Part shown: positions 38,867 through 47,864 of the stretch, piece after piece
Position numbering within the stretch: the stretch's first letter is position 1
Layout: every line of letters starts with the position of its first letter
Source of the DNA: Psychromonas sp.
GTDB lineage: Bacteria; Pseudomonadota; Gammaproteobacteria; Enterobacterales; Psychromonadaceae
Assembly (NCBI RefSeq): GCF_041586535.1
Contig: NZ_JBFGZY010000003.1
Location: forward strand, 1,021-65,020
Length of the DNA: 64,000 nucleotides
Direction of reading: 5' to 3'
Translations under genes and position numbers: made by a program
Notes under the pieces: model-generated
Databases searched by the model: none
Told to the model about the DNA's origin: nothing
Seen by the model: only the letters and a program-made list of their open reading frames with translations

Positions 38867-41263
38867 TTGTTGCTTATCAGAAGTTTAAAAATATATCTTT
38901 GCCTTCTAGTCTTATTCAGCAGCCTCTTATGTGCAAAAGAATTAAAACAGGTAACACTGCAACCCGCCTGGTTCGAACAATTCCAATTTGCCGGTTATTA
39001 TATTGCAAAAGAAAAAGGCTTTTATAATGACGTCGGTTTAGCGGTTGAAATAAAGCCTTTTGATCTTGTTAGTGAAAATAACATTGCCCAACAGGTTCAT
39101 GATGGCCAGGCTGATTTTGCCGTCGGTAAAGAAACCTTAATCCTGGAAAGGGCGCACAATAAAAAAATTGTTATCTTATACGCACTTTTTCAATCAACTC
39201 CTCTTATTCTTCTCAGCACCAAAGAATCTCAGATCAATACCATCGATCAGTTTACCGGTAAAAAAGTCATGGCTGGCAGCAGTGATGCTGAACAGGTATC
39301 TTTAAAAGCCATGCTTAATTCAAATGGTGTAGCGTTAAAGGATTTAATTGAATTACCTCATTCTCACAATATCATGGAGTTGGTGAACAAAAAAACCGAT
39401 ATCATGTCTGCTTATATATCAAAAACGCCTTACGAGTTGGAAAAAATGGGCGTGGATTATAATGTTTTTGCTCCTCAAGATTATGGTTTTGATATGTATA
39501 GTGATTTTTTATATACCAGTGAAGAATTAATCGCCAAAGATATCACTACCGTAAAGGCGTTCAAGGAGGCGTCATTAAAAGGCTGGCAATATGCCTTTGC
39601 CAATATGCCTGAAACCGTGGATTTAATTTTTGCCAAGTATAACCAGCAAAATTTAACGAAAGAGGCGCTGTTGTTCGAAGGTGCCGCACTAAAAAAACTG
39701 TCCTATTTGGATACAGATGTAATAGGCACAATAGATCAAAATAAATTACAAAGAATTTTGGATCTTTACCGGGTATTAGGCGTCGAGAGAGGAGATGTAG
39801 ATTTTTCGCAACTGATATTTGACCCTGAAAATCCGCGATTATTTTTAACCCAGCAAGAAAAAGCTTATTTAAGCCAGAAACAAAAGATCACTATCTGTAT
39901 CGACCCGAACTGGCTGCCCTATGAGGCTTTTGATAAAGACGGCAAGCATATCGGCTTAAATACAGAGTTTATTAATATTTTCAGAAAGCAGTTACCTGTG
40001 CCAATAGAAATCGTGCCAACGTCTACCTGGAGTCAATCCCTGCAATTTGCGCAGCAGAGAAAATGTGATCTGTTATCATTAGCGGTAAAAACAGATGAGC
40101 GAAAAAAATATCTCAATTTCACCTCTCCTTATCTGGTCTATCCGCGGGTTCTGGTGACCAAACCCAATCTCCCGTTTATCGATAATTTCACCTATCTTGC
40201 CGATAAAAAAATAGCGATACCCAAAGGCTATGCACAGGGAGAAATCATCAGAAAAGCATATCCGAAGATGATCATTGTTGAGGTTGAGAGCATCAAAGAG
40301 GGCCTTGAAAAAGTTGCAAAGGGCGAACTTTACGGATTTATTGGCGGCCTGAGCGAGGTTGGACATTTATTACAGGAGCAATTTATAGGGCAACTTAAAG
40401 TCAGCGGTAAATTTGACCAAAAAGAACAATATGGGATCGGGGTGAGAAACGATGAAATCCTGCTTTTAAATATTTTTCAAAAACTTGTAGACAACTTATC
40501 AGAAGAAACCAGACAAAATATTGTCAGCAAAAGTGCGGTCATTAAATATGAGCCGGAATTTGATTATGAAATGCTGTGGTGGTTGTTGTTTATTCTGTTC
40601 GTGGTTATTTGTGCATTTTTATACAGACAAAGCGTATTAAATACCTTAAATAAAAAATTAAATGAAAAAGTAGCCGAGAAAACCAAGGCGTTACAAGAGC
40701 TCAATGAAAGCCTGGAAAGAAAAATAAAAGAGAGAACCCGAAAGATAGAGCGTTCCAAAGAAATTTTACAAAACGTCGCCTTTAAAGATAACTTAACTGA
40801 CATTTTTAATCGCCATTATCTTTTTGAAGCATCTGAACCACTGTTAAACAGAGCTAATGAATTCAATGAGCCGCTATCATTATTGCTGATTGATATTGAC
40901 CATTTTAAGAAAGTGAATGATACCTACGGTCACCTCATTGGCGATAATATATTGAAATTTTTTGTGGTAAATATACAGAAGGTGCTAAGAACAGATGATA
41001 TTTTTGTCAGGTATGGCGGAGAGGAATTTGTTGTATTACTGCCAAAAGTTAATATTGACGAAAGCCTGATCGTAGCTGAAAAATTACGCCGGATTGTGGA
41101 GCAGGACTCATACCGGAACAATCAGCTGAATATACCTATTACCATCAGCATCGGGGTTAGCCAGTATCAGCATCCCGAGACGTTGGAAAAACTGATCAGC
41201 CGGGCGGATTTGGGATTATACCGTGCGAAGCAAAACGGTCGAAATCAAGTACAGAAAATATAA
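38867..41263 (+). CDS. diguanylate cyclase with two periplasmic solute-binding-type sensor domains
   Basis: Signal peptide, an NMT1/SsuA-like domain, a type-3 SBP-like domain, a TM and a coiled coil precede the GGDEF domain. That domain has GGEEF plus an RxxD I-site (RTDD). The listed start is TTG. Confidence 0.85.
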   Translation: MLLIRSLKIYLCLLVLFSSLLCAKELKQVTLQPAWFEQFQFAGYYIAKEKGFYNDVGLAVEIKPFDLVSENNIAQQVHDGQADFAVGKETLILERAHNKKIVILYALFQSTPLILLSTKESQINTIDQFTGKKVMAGSSDAEQVSLKAMLNSNGVALKDLIELPHSHNIMELVNKKTDIMSAYISKTPYELEKMGVDYNVFAPQDYGFDMYSDFLYTSEELIAKDITTVKAFKEASLKGWQYAFANMPETVDLIFAKYNQQNLTKEALLFEGAALKKLSYLDTDVIGTIDQNKLQRILDLYRVLGVERGDVDFSQLIFDPENPRLFLTQQEKAYLSQKQKITICIDPNWLPYEAFDKDGKHIGLNTEFINIFRKQLPVPIEIVPTSTWSQSLQFAQQRKCDLLSLAVKTDERKKYLNFTSPYLVYPRVLVTKPNLPFIDNFTYLADKKIAIPKGYAQGEIIRKAYPKMIIVEVESIKEGLEKVAKGELYGFIGGLSEVGHLLQEQFIGQLKVSGKFDQKEQYGIGVRNDEILLLNIFQKLVDNLSEETRQNIVSKSAVIKYEPEFDYEMLWWLLFILFVVICAFLYRQSVLNTLNKKLNEKVAEKTKALQELNESLERKIKERTRKIERSKEILQNVAFKDNLTDIFNRHYLFEASEPLLNRANEFNEPLSLLLIDIDHFKKVNDTYGHLIGDNILKFFVVNIQKVLRTDDIFVRYGGEEFVVLLPKVNIDESLIVAEKLRRIVEQDSYRNNQLNIPITISIGVSQYQHPETLEKLISRADLGLYRAKQNGRNQVQKI

Positions 41264-41281
41264 AAATAATAGAAAAAAGTC

Positions 41282-41293
41282 GACTATGGGTTT
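41282..41293. repeat. target-site duplication, left copy (GACTATGGGTTT)
   Basis: An identical 12-mer recurs at 42361..42372, immediately outside the IS inverted repeats. Confidence 0.8.
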
Positions 41294-42360
41294 TAATGCC
41301 TGTCAGTTAAGAGCTGATAGGCATTTTTTTACCTTTTTTCTCTGGGTATCTTTTGGGTCTTGCTTTCACTATTTTTGGGTAAGCCCTTTCCCGCCGCTCT
41401 GGTAATACAAAGGCTTCCGCCATAGCAATCAATCCGTTAATTACTTTAGGTATTTTTCCTGGAGATACAAACGGCAACATCGCTAACTCACCAATGATAT
41501 AAGCAGAGGCGCGACTAAAACTTAGCTGATAGGGCATCACTCCTTTTAAACTATGTGCCATCTTGGCCATTTGGAAACGAATTAAATTATACGCGAGTAA
41601 AACGCCCGATAATTCTTGTTCCACCATTTCCGGTTTTTTACTTCTTAATGTGAGTTGGTTTTTAAGCATATACTGTTTCATTTCTCTAAACCTTAACTCG
41701 ATTTTCCAACGATGGGTATATAAATCAGCAATATTTTCAACAGGATACCGTAGCGGGTCTGTCATCGAAGTGAGAATTGAGTACGACTAAATTTTATAAC
41801 AAAGAAGATTCGCGCTTGTCGTTATGCAGCCTCCCAAAAGCAGTTTCATTTTCTTGAGTATCAGGTGTACGCCAAACAACACCATCGACACCGAGCAGTT
41901 TCAAACCACAAAAAGTAGGAGAAGGTGTTTTTTCATGCCATAGCTGTTGAGTTTGGTTGAAAATACGTTTTACAACCTCTGCCCCTAATCGTTGCCTTGC
42001 TTGAACAACGGCACTGGGTGCGACAAATGGGCGTTTTCCCGGCAGCATAATATCAAGCTGATTAACGATATCAGTCATCGGTAAGTGCCTAAAAATAGAC
42101 ATGCCAATAATGCTCCAGACCATCATTTACAGGGGTAATCTACGCTTTCTTAGGGTAACAATACCTGACTCTTTAAGGCAGGTATCAATTAGATCAGGGG
42201 ACAGTACTTCTGATAACGAATGAAAATTTTCAGGACAGAACGTAGAAAGAGAGTGGAAATCATAATCTAAAGGCATAAAAAAATCCGATGTTAAGTGAAC
42301 ATCGGATTTTGATCTCATTCAGCTAACAATCAATCGATTTTTCTTAACTGATCGGCATTA
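41294..42360 (-). mobile_element. IS4-family insertion sequence, internally deleted and inactivated (1067 bp)
   Basis: 18-bp terminal IRs TAATGCCTGTCAGTTAAG and TAATGCCGATCAGTTAAG (reverse complement of 42343-42360). The transposase is in three fragments and a 12-bp TSD is present. Confidence 0.9.
41307..42318 (-). pseudogene. IS4-type DDE transposase, disrupted (in-frame stop plus central deletion)
   Basis: Fragments of 63, 110 and 152 aa. A stop lies between ...RKRRLPL and MMVWSIIGM.... The Y(2)R(3)E(6)K signature YTHRWKIELRFREMK is kept, but the middle segment with the second catalytic Asp is missing. Confidence 0.85.
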
Positions 42361-42372
42361 GACTATGGGTTT
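42361..42372. repeat. target-site duplication, right copy (GACTATGGGTTT)
   Basis: See 41282..41293. Confidence 0.8.
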
Positions 42373-42799
42373 TGTCTTTTCATATCGACCCAACATCCGT
42401 GTGCTGTGATAATTTTTGTCTAATGGTCATTCCACATTGCTCTTCAAAGTACGGAAAAAAGCTCAACAGCCTTTATTCCCGCCGCTTAATAAACTGCCTG
42501 ACTTATTAACTATCTGATCAACCTGCCGGTTAAAATTCAAAATAACTCAATCCCATAAGCAGGCTATTGATAAAGCAATGCTTTGTTCTCATCTATTTTT
42601 GACCATTTAAATCTGCGCAATGTTATTAATGTTGTTTAAGGTACATGTAATCCACCCTGCAAATTAGTTCACTGAATCAGCTAGATTGATGATTTTAGAG
42701 ACTATACTTCTCAGTAGGTAAGATAGTTCAGCCTCTAAGAAATTAATTTTTCTTATTATCAATGGATCAAGCTGAACAATAAGGGAGGAGGGAACTGTT

Positions 42800-43392
42800 A
42801 TGCACAAACGCATTATTTTTGTGCTGCTTTGTATGTGTATATCCTCTGTTGAATGCGCAATAAGCGAACAGGAACAGGCAAAAACTTACAGTATTTCTGC
42901 CGAGCGGGGAGATGCTGCTTCACAGCATAATCTCGGGGTGATGTATATGACCGGTAGCGGGGTAGCGCAAAGTTACTCTCAGGCTTTCAAATGGTTTGCT
43001 AAAGCCGCTGAACAGGGGCTTGCTAACTCTCAGGTTAATCTTGGCACTATGTACAAGGAAGGTCTGGGGGTACGGCAGGACAATAGCAAAGCTTTTTTCT
43101 GGTATGAAAAAGCTGCGCTGCAGGGGCATGCCGCAGGGCAAAATAACCTGGCGCTAATGTATATGTTGGGGCTGGGCATCTCCCATAACCCGAGTGAGGC
43201 AGCCAAATGGTGGCAAAAAGCAGCACAACAGGGGCATGTTAATGCTCAGGTCACAGCCTCGGCACTATTTACGAACTTGGCCTGGGTGTAGCGAAAAACG
43301 CTGCTCAAGCTACAAACTGGTGGCAAAAAGCTGCGGCGCAGGGAAGTGTCAGTGCTAAAGATAAATTAATAAATAGCAGTACTGCTCAGTAA
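42800..43392 (+). pseudogene. Sel1-repeat (SLR) secreted protein with a -1 frameshift near 43250
   Basis: Signal peptide plus 4 Sel1 repeats in the listed frame. A fifth repeat, LGTIYELGLGVAKNAAQATNWWQKAAAQGSVSAKDKL, continues in another frame to TAA 43390-43392. Total length is 593 nt, not a multiple of 3. Confidence 0.7.
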
Positions 43393-43479
43393 CGAAAGAT
43401 TATTTTGTGATTTTGATTCTCAGCAGCGAGGTTGATAACAGAGTTATCTAAATTGGTATAACCACAATGAGGAGTTTTT

Positions 43480-44877
43480 ATGGCTATTATTCAATCATTT
43501 GGAGCTGCGCAGACGGTTACCGGTTCATGTCACTTTTTACAACTTAAAAAAGGGCCGAAGATTCTTGTTGATTGCGGTTACTTTCAGGGGCGCGACGAAG
43601 AGCTGATTTTTGAGCCCTTTGACTTTGATCCGAAAAAAGTAAATATCCTGCTAATCACTCATGGTCATTTGGATCACATCGGGCGTATTCCTAAACTGGT
43701 TAAAGAAGGTTTTGACGGTAAAGTGATCGCCTTAAGGGCTACAATGGATCTGGCTGAAGTGATCTTAATGGACAGTGCCAAAATTGCAGAAGAGGATTAT
43801 AAAACGGCGCTTAAAAAAGCTAAAAGATCCGGTCAGGAAAAAACAGTTCGCCCGCCTGTCTATACCTCTGATGATGCCCAGGCAGTATTTGATTTAACTA
43901 TTCAATATGCCGAATACAATAAGGCCATTCAAATTGCACCCGACGTCAAAGTCACCTTTAGAAACGCCGGGCATATTCTCGGCTCAGCAACTATTCAAAT
44001 TGAGTTTGCCGAAGAGGGGGTCTCAAAGTCGGTGGTTTTCAGTGGTGATTTAGGTGGTCGTGATGATTTGATCATGCCGTCACCAACCCCGGTAAAATCA
44101 ACGGATGCCTTGTATATCGAATCAACCTATGGAGATCGTGATCATCGCGGCTTGCAGGAAACTGTAAAAGAGTTTAAGGAGATCCTGAACAGCACTTTAA
44201 ATAATCAGGGGAATGTTCTGATCCCCTCATTTGCCATTGAGCGCACGCAGGAAATTTTACTGTTGCTGAAGCAGATGTATTACGATAATGAGCTGCCGGT
44301 TTGTAAGGTGTTTTTAGATTCTCCAATGGCGATACGGGCCACGCAAATTTACACTAATTACCATCATCAATTAAACGATTCAGCAGATAAGCTGATGCAG
44401 CGTGACGGCTCTGTGTTTGATTTTCCCTATCTGCAATACTCGCTTAAAAATCAGGATTCGATGCTGATTAATGAGCAGGAAAGCGGCTGCATTATTATCG
44501 CTGGCAGCGGAATGTGTACTGGCGGACGTATTCTGCATCACTTTAAACACAGGTTATGGGATGAGCGTAACAGCGTCATATTTGTCGGTTATCAGGTTCA
44601 GGGGACGCTGGGGCGGCAAATGATTGATGGCGCAGAGTCGATTCAGCTTTATCACGAAAGTATAAAAGTGAATGCCAGGATACATATGATTAACGGCTTT
44701 TCAGCACATGCAGATCAAAGCAATCTGTTAGCCTGGATGGCTGACTTTGATAAACTTGATAAGGTATTCTTAATACATGGCGAACCTAAACAGCAGGCTA
44801 CTTTTAAACGGGTCATTGAAGAGAGACTGCATAAAACCACCCATATTGTCGAATATGCAGAGGAAGTTTGGATATAG
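43480..44877 (+). CDS. MBL-fold beta-CASP ribonuclease (CPSF73 / RNase J-like)
   Basis: 465 aa. Contains HGHLDHIG, a beta-CASP insert, and a C-terminal FSAHAD and HGE motif. Confidence 0.85.
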   Translation: MAIIQSFGAAQTVTGSCHFLQLKKGPKILVDCGYFQGRDEELIFEPFDFDPKKVNILLITHGHLDHIGRIPKLVKEGFDGKVIALRATMDLAEVILMDSAKIAEEDYKTALKKAKRSGQEKTVRPPVYTSDDAQAVFDLTIQYAEYNKAIQIAPDVKVTFRNAGHILGSATIQIEFAEEGVSKSVVFSGDLGGRDDLIMPSPTPVKSTDALYIESTYGDRDHRGLQETVKEFKEILNSTLNNQGNVLIPSFAIERTQEILLLLKQMYYDNELPVCKVFLDSPMAIRATQIYTNYHHQLNDSADKLMQRDGSVFDFPYLQYSLKNQDSMLINEQESGCIIIAGSGMCTGGRILHHFKHRLWDERNSVIFVGYQVQGTLGRQMIDGAESIQLYHESIKVNARIHMINGFSAHADQSNLLAWMADFDKLDKVFLIHGEPKQQATFKRVIEERLHKTTHIVEYAEEVWI

Positions 44878-44917
44878 CAACAGCAAACAATTCAGCTGAT
44901 AATACAAGGGGAACAGA

Positions 44918-45181
44918 ATGGAGCATTTGTGGGATGAAGCGCAATTTATCGCACCGGGTTTAATGGTGATGGTGACTAATAGTTTGGGGGATAAATTGGG
45001 TACGGAAGTGGTTAATATCAAAACCGGCAGAGTTGAAGTGATGTGCAAACCTCACCAGGTCACGGTGCAGAATGATGGTGACTGCTTTTGGTTGGAGTCC
45101 GGGAAGATGCCAAATATCGACATCAGCAAAGATGAAGCAGATTTATTAACTAAATTACTGAATGTTGAAATAGGCAGGTAA
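44918..45181 (+). CDS. hypothetical 87-aa protein
   Basis: The ORF starts 40 nt after the beta-CASP stop, with GGGGAACAGA upstream of the ATG. I recognise no family. Confidence 0.5.
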   Translation: MEHLWDEAQFIAPGLMVMVTNSLGDKLGTEVVNIKTGRVEVMCKPHQVTVQNDGDCFWLESGKMPNIDISKDEADLLTKLLNVEIGR

Positions 45182-45327
45182 ACGAAATAAATGTCGGATT
45201 ATTGCTATTAAAACGATTAAATAGGCTTTACCGGATTCTCCAGTAAAGGCGGGCATCTATCTCCTCACCATGTTGGTTATGGGTAAATAAACTATACTTC
45301 TGGTATCAATCCAAATCTGGCGGAGAT

Positions 45328-46428
45328 GTGATGGATAAGCGACCGGTTGAATTTTTCCCCACCCGCTATTGGCATAAAGAGCAGGGGAAAGAGCAAAAAG
45401 AGGGGTTGGTCACATGTGACGTTTGCCCCCATCATTGCCACCTCCGTGAGGGGAAGCGCGGTATCTGCTACGTGCGCATGAACCATCACGGTAAAATTGT
45501 ACTGACCAGCTACGGGCGCTCATCGGGTTTTTGTATCGATCCAATTGAGAAAAAACCGCTCAACCACTTTTATCCCGGTTCCAAAGTGCTTTCATTCGGC
45601 ACTGCAGGCTGTAATCTTTCCTGTCAATTCTGCCAGAATTGGGAGATCAGTAAATCACGTCAGGTTGATACACTTTGTGATACCGCCATGCCGGAGCAAT
45701 TGGCTCAAGCCGCGAAGGAGCAGGGCTGTAAAAGTCTGGCTTTTACCTATAACGACCCGGTAATCTTCATGGAGTATGCCATTGATGTTGCCATCGCGGC
45801 AAAAGCTTTGGGGCTAAAAAGTGTCGCCGTGAGCGCGGGTTATATGTGCGATCAGCCCAGAGTGGCATTTTACGAACATATGGATGCCGCTAATATTGAT
45901 TTAAAAGGGTTTAGCGAAGACTTTTATAAACGCATCTGCCACGGTCAGTTACAACCCGTATTAGATACCCTGCTGTATCTCAGACAGCACACTTCCGTAT
46001 GGTTTGAAATCACTACCTTATTGATCCCCGATGAAAATGACAGTGATGCAGAACTGCATCGGATGTGCCAATGGATAGCTGAAAATCTAGGCCCGGATGT
46101 GCCGCTGCATTTCAGTGCTTTTCACCCGGATTTTAAGATGCTGAATAAAGGGCCTACGCCCATGGCCACCTTATTAAGGGCAAGGAAGATAGCCCTCAGT
46201 TACGGCCTGCATCACGTCTACTGCGGCAATGTCCATAATAGCGAAGCAGACAGTACCTATTGCCCGAACTGCGGGCATCTGCTGATTGAAAGAGACTGGT
46301 ATCAGCTCGGGCAGTATCATCTTGATCCGCACGGAGCCTGTTTAAATTGCGGGCAGCAGTTAGCCGGGCGCTTCGACGGGCCGCCGGGAAATTTCGGACG
46401 GCAGCGGATTCCCATTAGGATAGAGTGA
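45328..46428 (+). CDS. AmmeMemoRadiSam-system-type radical SAM enzyme (PflA-like activase fold)
   Basis: N-terminal CDVCPHHCHLREGKRGICYVR, radical SAM CNLSCQFCQNW, and a C-terminal CPNCG...CLNCG ribbon. The likely start is ATG 45331 after GGAG. Confidence 0.8.
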   Translation: MMDKRPVEFFPTRYWHKEQGKEQKEGLVTCDVCPHHCHLREGKRGICYVRMNHHGKIVLTSYGRSSGFCIDPIEKKPLNHFYPGSKVLSFGTAGCNLSCQFCQNWEISKSRQVDTLCDTAMPEQLAQAAKEQGCKSLAFTYNDPVIFMEYAIDVAIAAKALGLKSVAVSAGYMCDQPRVAFYEHMDAANIDLKGFSEDFYKRICHGQLQPVLDTLLYLRQHTSVWFEITTLLIPDENDSDAELHRMCQWIAENLGPDVPLHFSAFHPDFKMLNKGPTPMATLLRARKIALSYGLHHVYCGNVHNSEADSTYCPNCGHLLIERDWYQLGQYHLDPHGACLNCGQQLAGRFDGPPGNFGRQRIPIRIE

Positions 46429-46477
46429 TTGTAGCGTTTTGATAGCGCGCTTATATTCGTACACCCAAGGCAGATAT

Positions 46478-46804
46478 TTATTCTGCGATTGTCCCCTGAT
46501 CAAATATCTGCACCATATTATCGACTACCCTGACCGGATAAGCCGGAATATTTTCAAATGCCGGGGCGGATAATACAGCCCCGGTTGTTAAATCAAAGCG
46601 CGCACCGTGGCGCGGACAAGTTATTTCAGCGCCGTCGATCTCACCGCCACTTAAGTCACCACCATCATGACTGCATAGATTCTCAATAGCATAAAAATCA
46701 CCTGCAATGTTCACCAGCAGCAGATCAACATGATTCAATTCCACCAAGGTATGCATGCCCGGTTTCAATTCATCTGCGGGTATCACTGTTATCCATTTTG
46801 CCAT
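46478..46804 (-). CDS. Rieske [2Fe-2S] ferredoxin-like protein
   Basis: 108 aa with CSHDGG...CPRHGARF (CxH / CxxH). It is the last gene of the suf operon. Confidence 0.85.
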   Translation of the reverse strand: MAKWITVIPADELKPGMHTLVELNHVDLLLVNIAGDFYAIENLCSHDGGDLSGGEIDGAEITCPRHGARFDLTTGAVLSAPAFENIPAYPVRVVDNMVQIFDQGTIAE

Positions 46805-46830
46805 ATTAAATACTCCCGATTAGTTTGATT

Positions 46831-47397
46831 TTATAACAGGCCGAGCTGCAGTTTTGCCGCATCGGATACCATCTCATAACTCCAGGGCGGGTCAAACACA
46901 AGGCTGACATCAACATCATCCACATTAGCCACAGCTTTACATTTTTGTTTGACTTCTTCTGTCATGACGCTACCCATACCGCAACCGGCAGCGGTCAGGG
47001 TCATGGTAATACGGACAAGATTACGTCCGTCAATTAATTGATAACAGTTGACGTCATAAATCAAACCCAGTTCGACAATATTGACCGGAATCTCCGGGTC
47101 ATAACAGCTTTTAAGCTGATCATAGATTTCTCTCAGGTTGACCTGATGATCGCCTAAATGGCCACTGCTAAGGCTTGTTTTTGTCTTGTTTTGTGGAAAA
47201 TCTGACTTGCCCAGCGCATCACCGTCTTTACCGGCTACGCGCACCAGTTGTCCCTGATAGTTGACCGTGTAACTGCCGCCTAATGCCTGGGTAATTACCA
47301 CCTCGCTATTTTTGTTTAGCCTGATCGGCTGACCATTGGGGATGGTAATTGCTTCACAATCGCGTAATAAGGTCACGTGTTCGAACATGCCATTCAC
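46831..47397 (-). CDS. sufT: Fe-S assembly protein SufT (DUF59/MIP18 family)
   Basis: 188 aa. The C-terminal DUF59 part reads YDPEIPVNIVELGLIYD...MTLTAAGCGMG. It overlaps sufU by 4 nt. Confidence 0.8.
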   Translation of the reverse strand: MNGMFEHVTLLRDCEAITIPNGQPIRLNKNSEVVITQALGGSYTVNYQGQLVRVAGKDGDALGKSDFPQNKTKTSLSSGHLGDHQVNLREIYDQLKSCYDPEIPVNIVELGLIYDVNCYQLIDGRNLVRITMTLTAAGCGMGSVMTEEVKQKCKAVANVDDVDVSLVFDPPWSYEMVSDAAKLQLGLL

Positions 47398-47864
47398 TCC
47401 GTGGAAACAACTTTTTTATTATTGATATCATCCAGGCCGGCTTTCAGAGCATGCCAGGCCAGAGTTGCACATTTAATACGTACCGGAAAATCTCTCACGC
47501 CGCCTAACACCGACAGTTTACCTAAGTAGTCACGGATTTTTTCAGGCGGATTGGCATCACTCACCAGAATCTGGAATGCGTCAAATAATTTCCGAGCTTC
47601 CACTATGCTGGTATTTTTAATCCGTTCGGTGAGAAGAGAGCATGCCGCCATGGATATAGCGCATCCCTGTCCCTCAAAGCTTGCATCAACAATGGTATTA
47701 TTTTCAATTCGTACATAAAGTTTCAGATGATCACCGCAGAGGGGGTTATAGCCCTCCTGACAAAAACTGGGATGTTCCAGCTTTTTAAAATTTCGCGGAT
47801 GTCTGCCATGATCGATAATCACTTCCTGATATAATGCACGTAACTCTTCATTCATAACTTTCAC
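47394..47864 (-). CDS. sufU: SUF-system NifU-family protein SufU
   Basis: 156 aa. NPLCGDHLKL, GQGCAISMAA and RIKCATLAWHAL match B. subtilis SufU motifs. Confidence 0.85.
   Translation of the reverse strand: MKVMNEELRALYQEVIIDHGRHPRNFKKLEHPSFCQEGYNPLCGDHLKLYVRIENNTIVDASFEGQGCAISMAACSLLTERIKNTSIVEARKLFDAFQILVSDANPPEKIRDYLGKLSVLGGVRDFPVRIKCATLAWHALKAGLDDINNKKVVSTE

Noticed and set aside
41223-41405. 60-aa plus-strand ORF spanning the end of the cyclase gene and the IS4 left end
   Set aside because: It crosses the IS terminal repeat and is antisense to the transposase C terminus. It is an artefact of the insertion.
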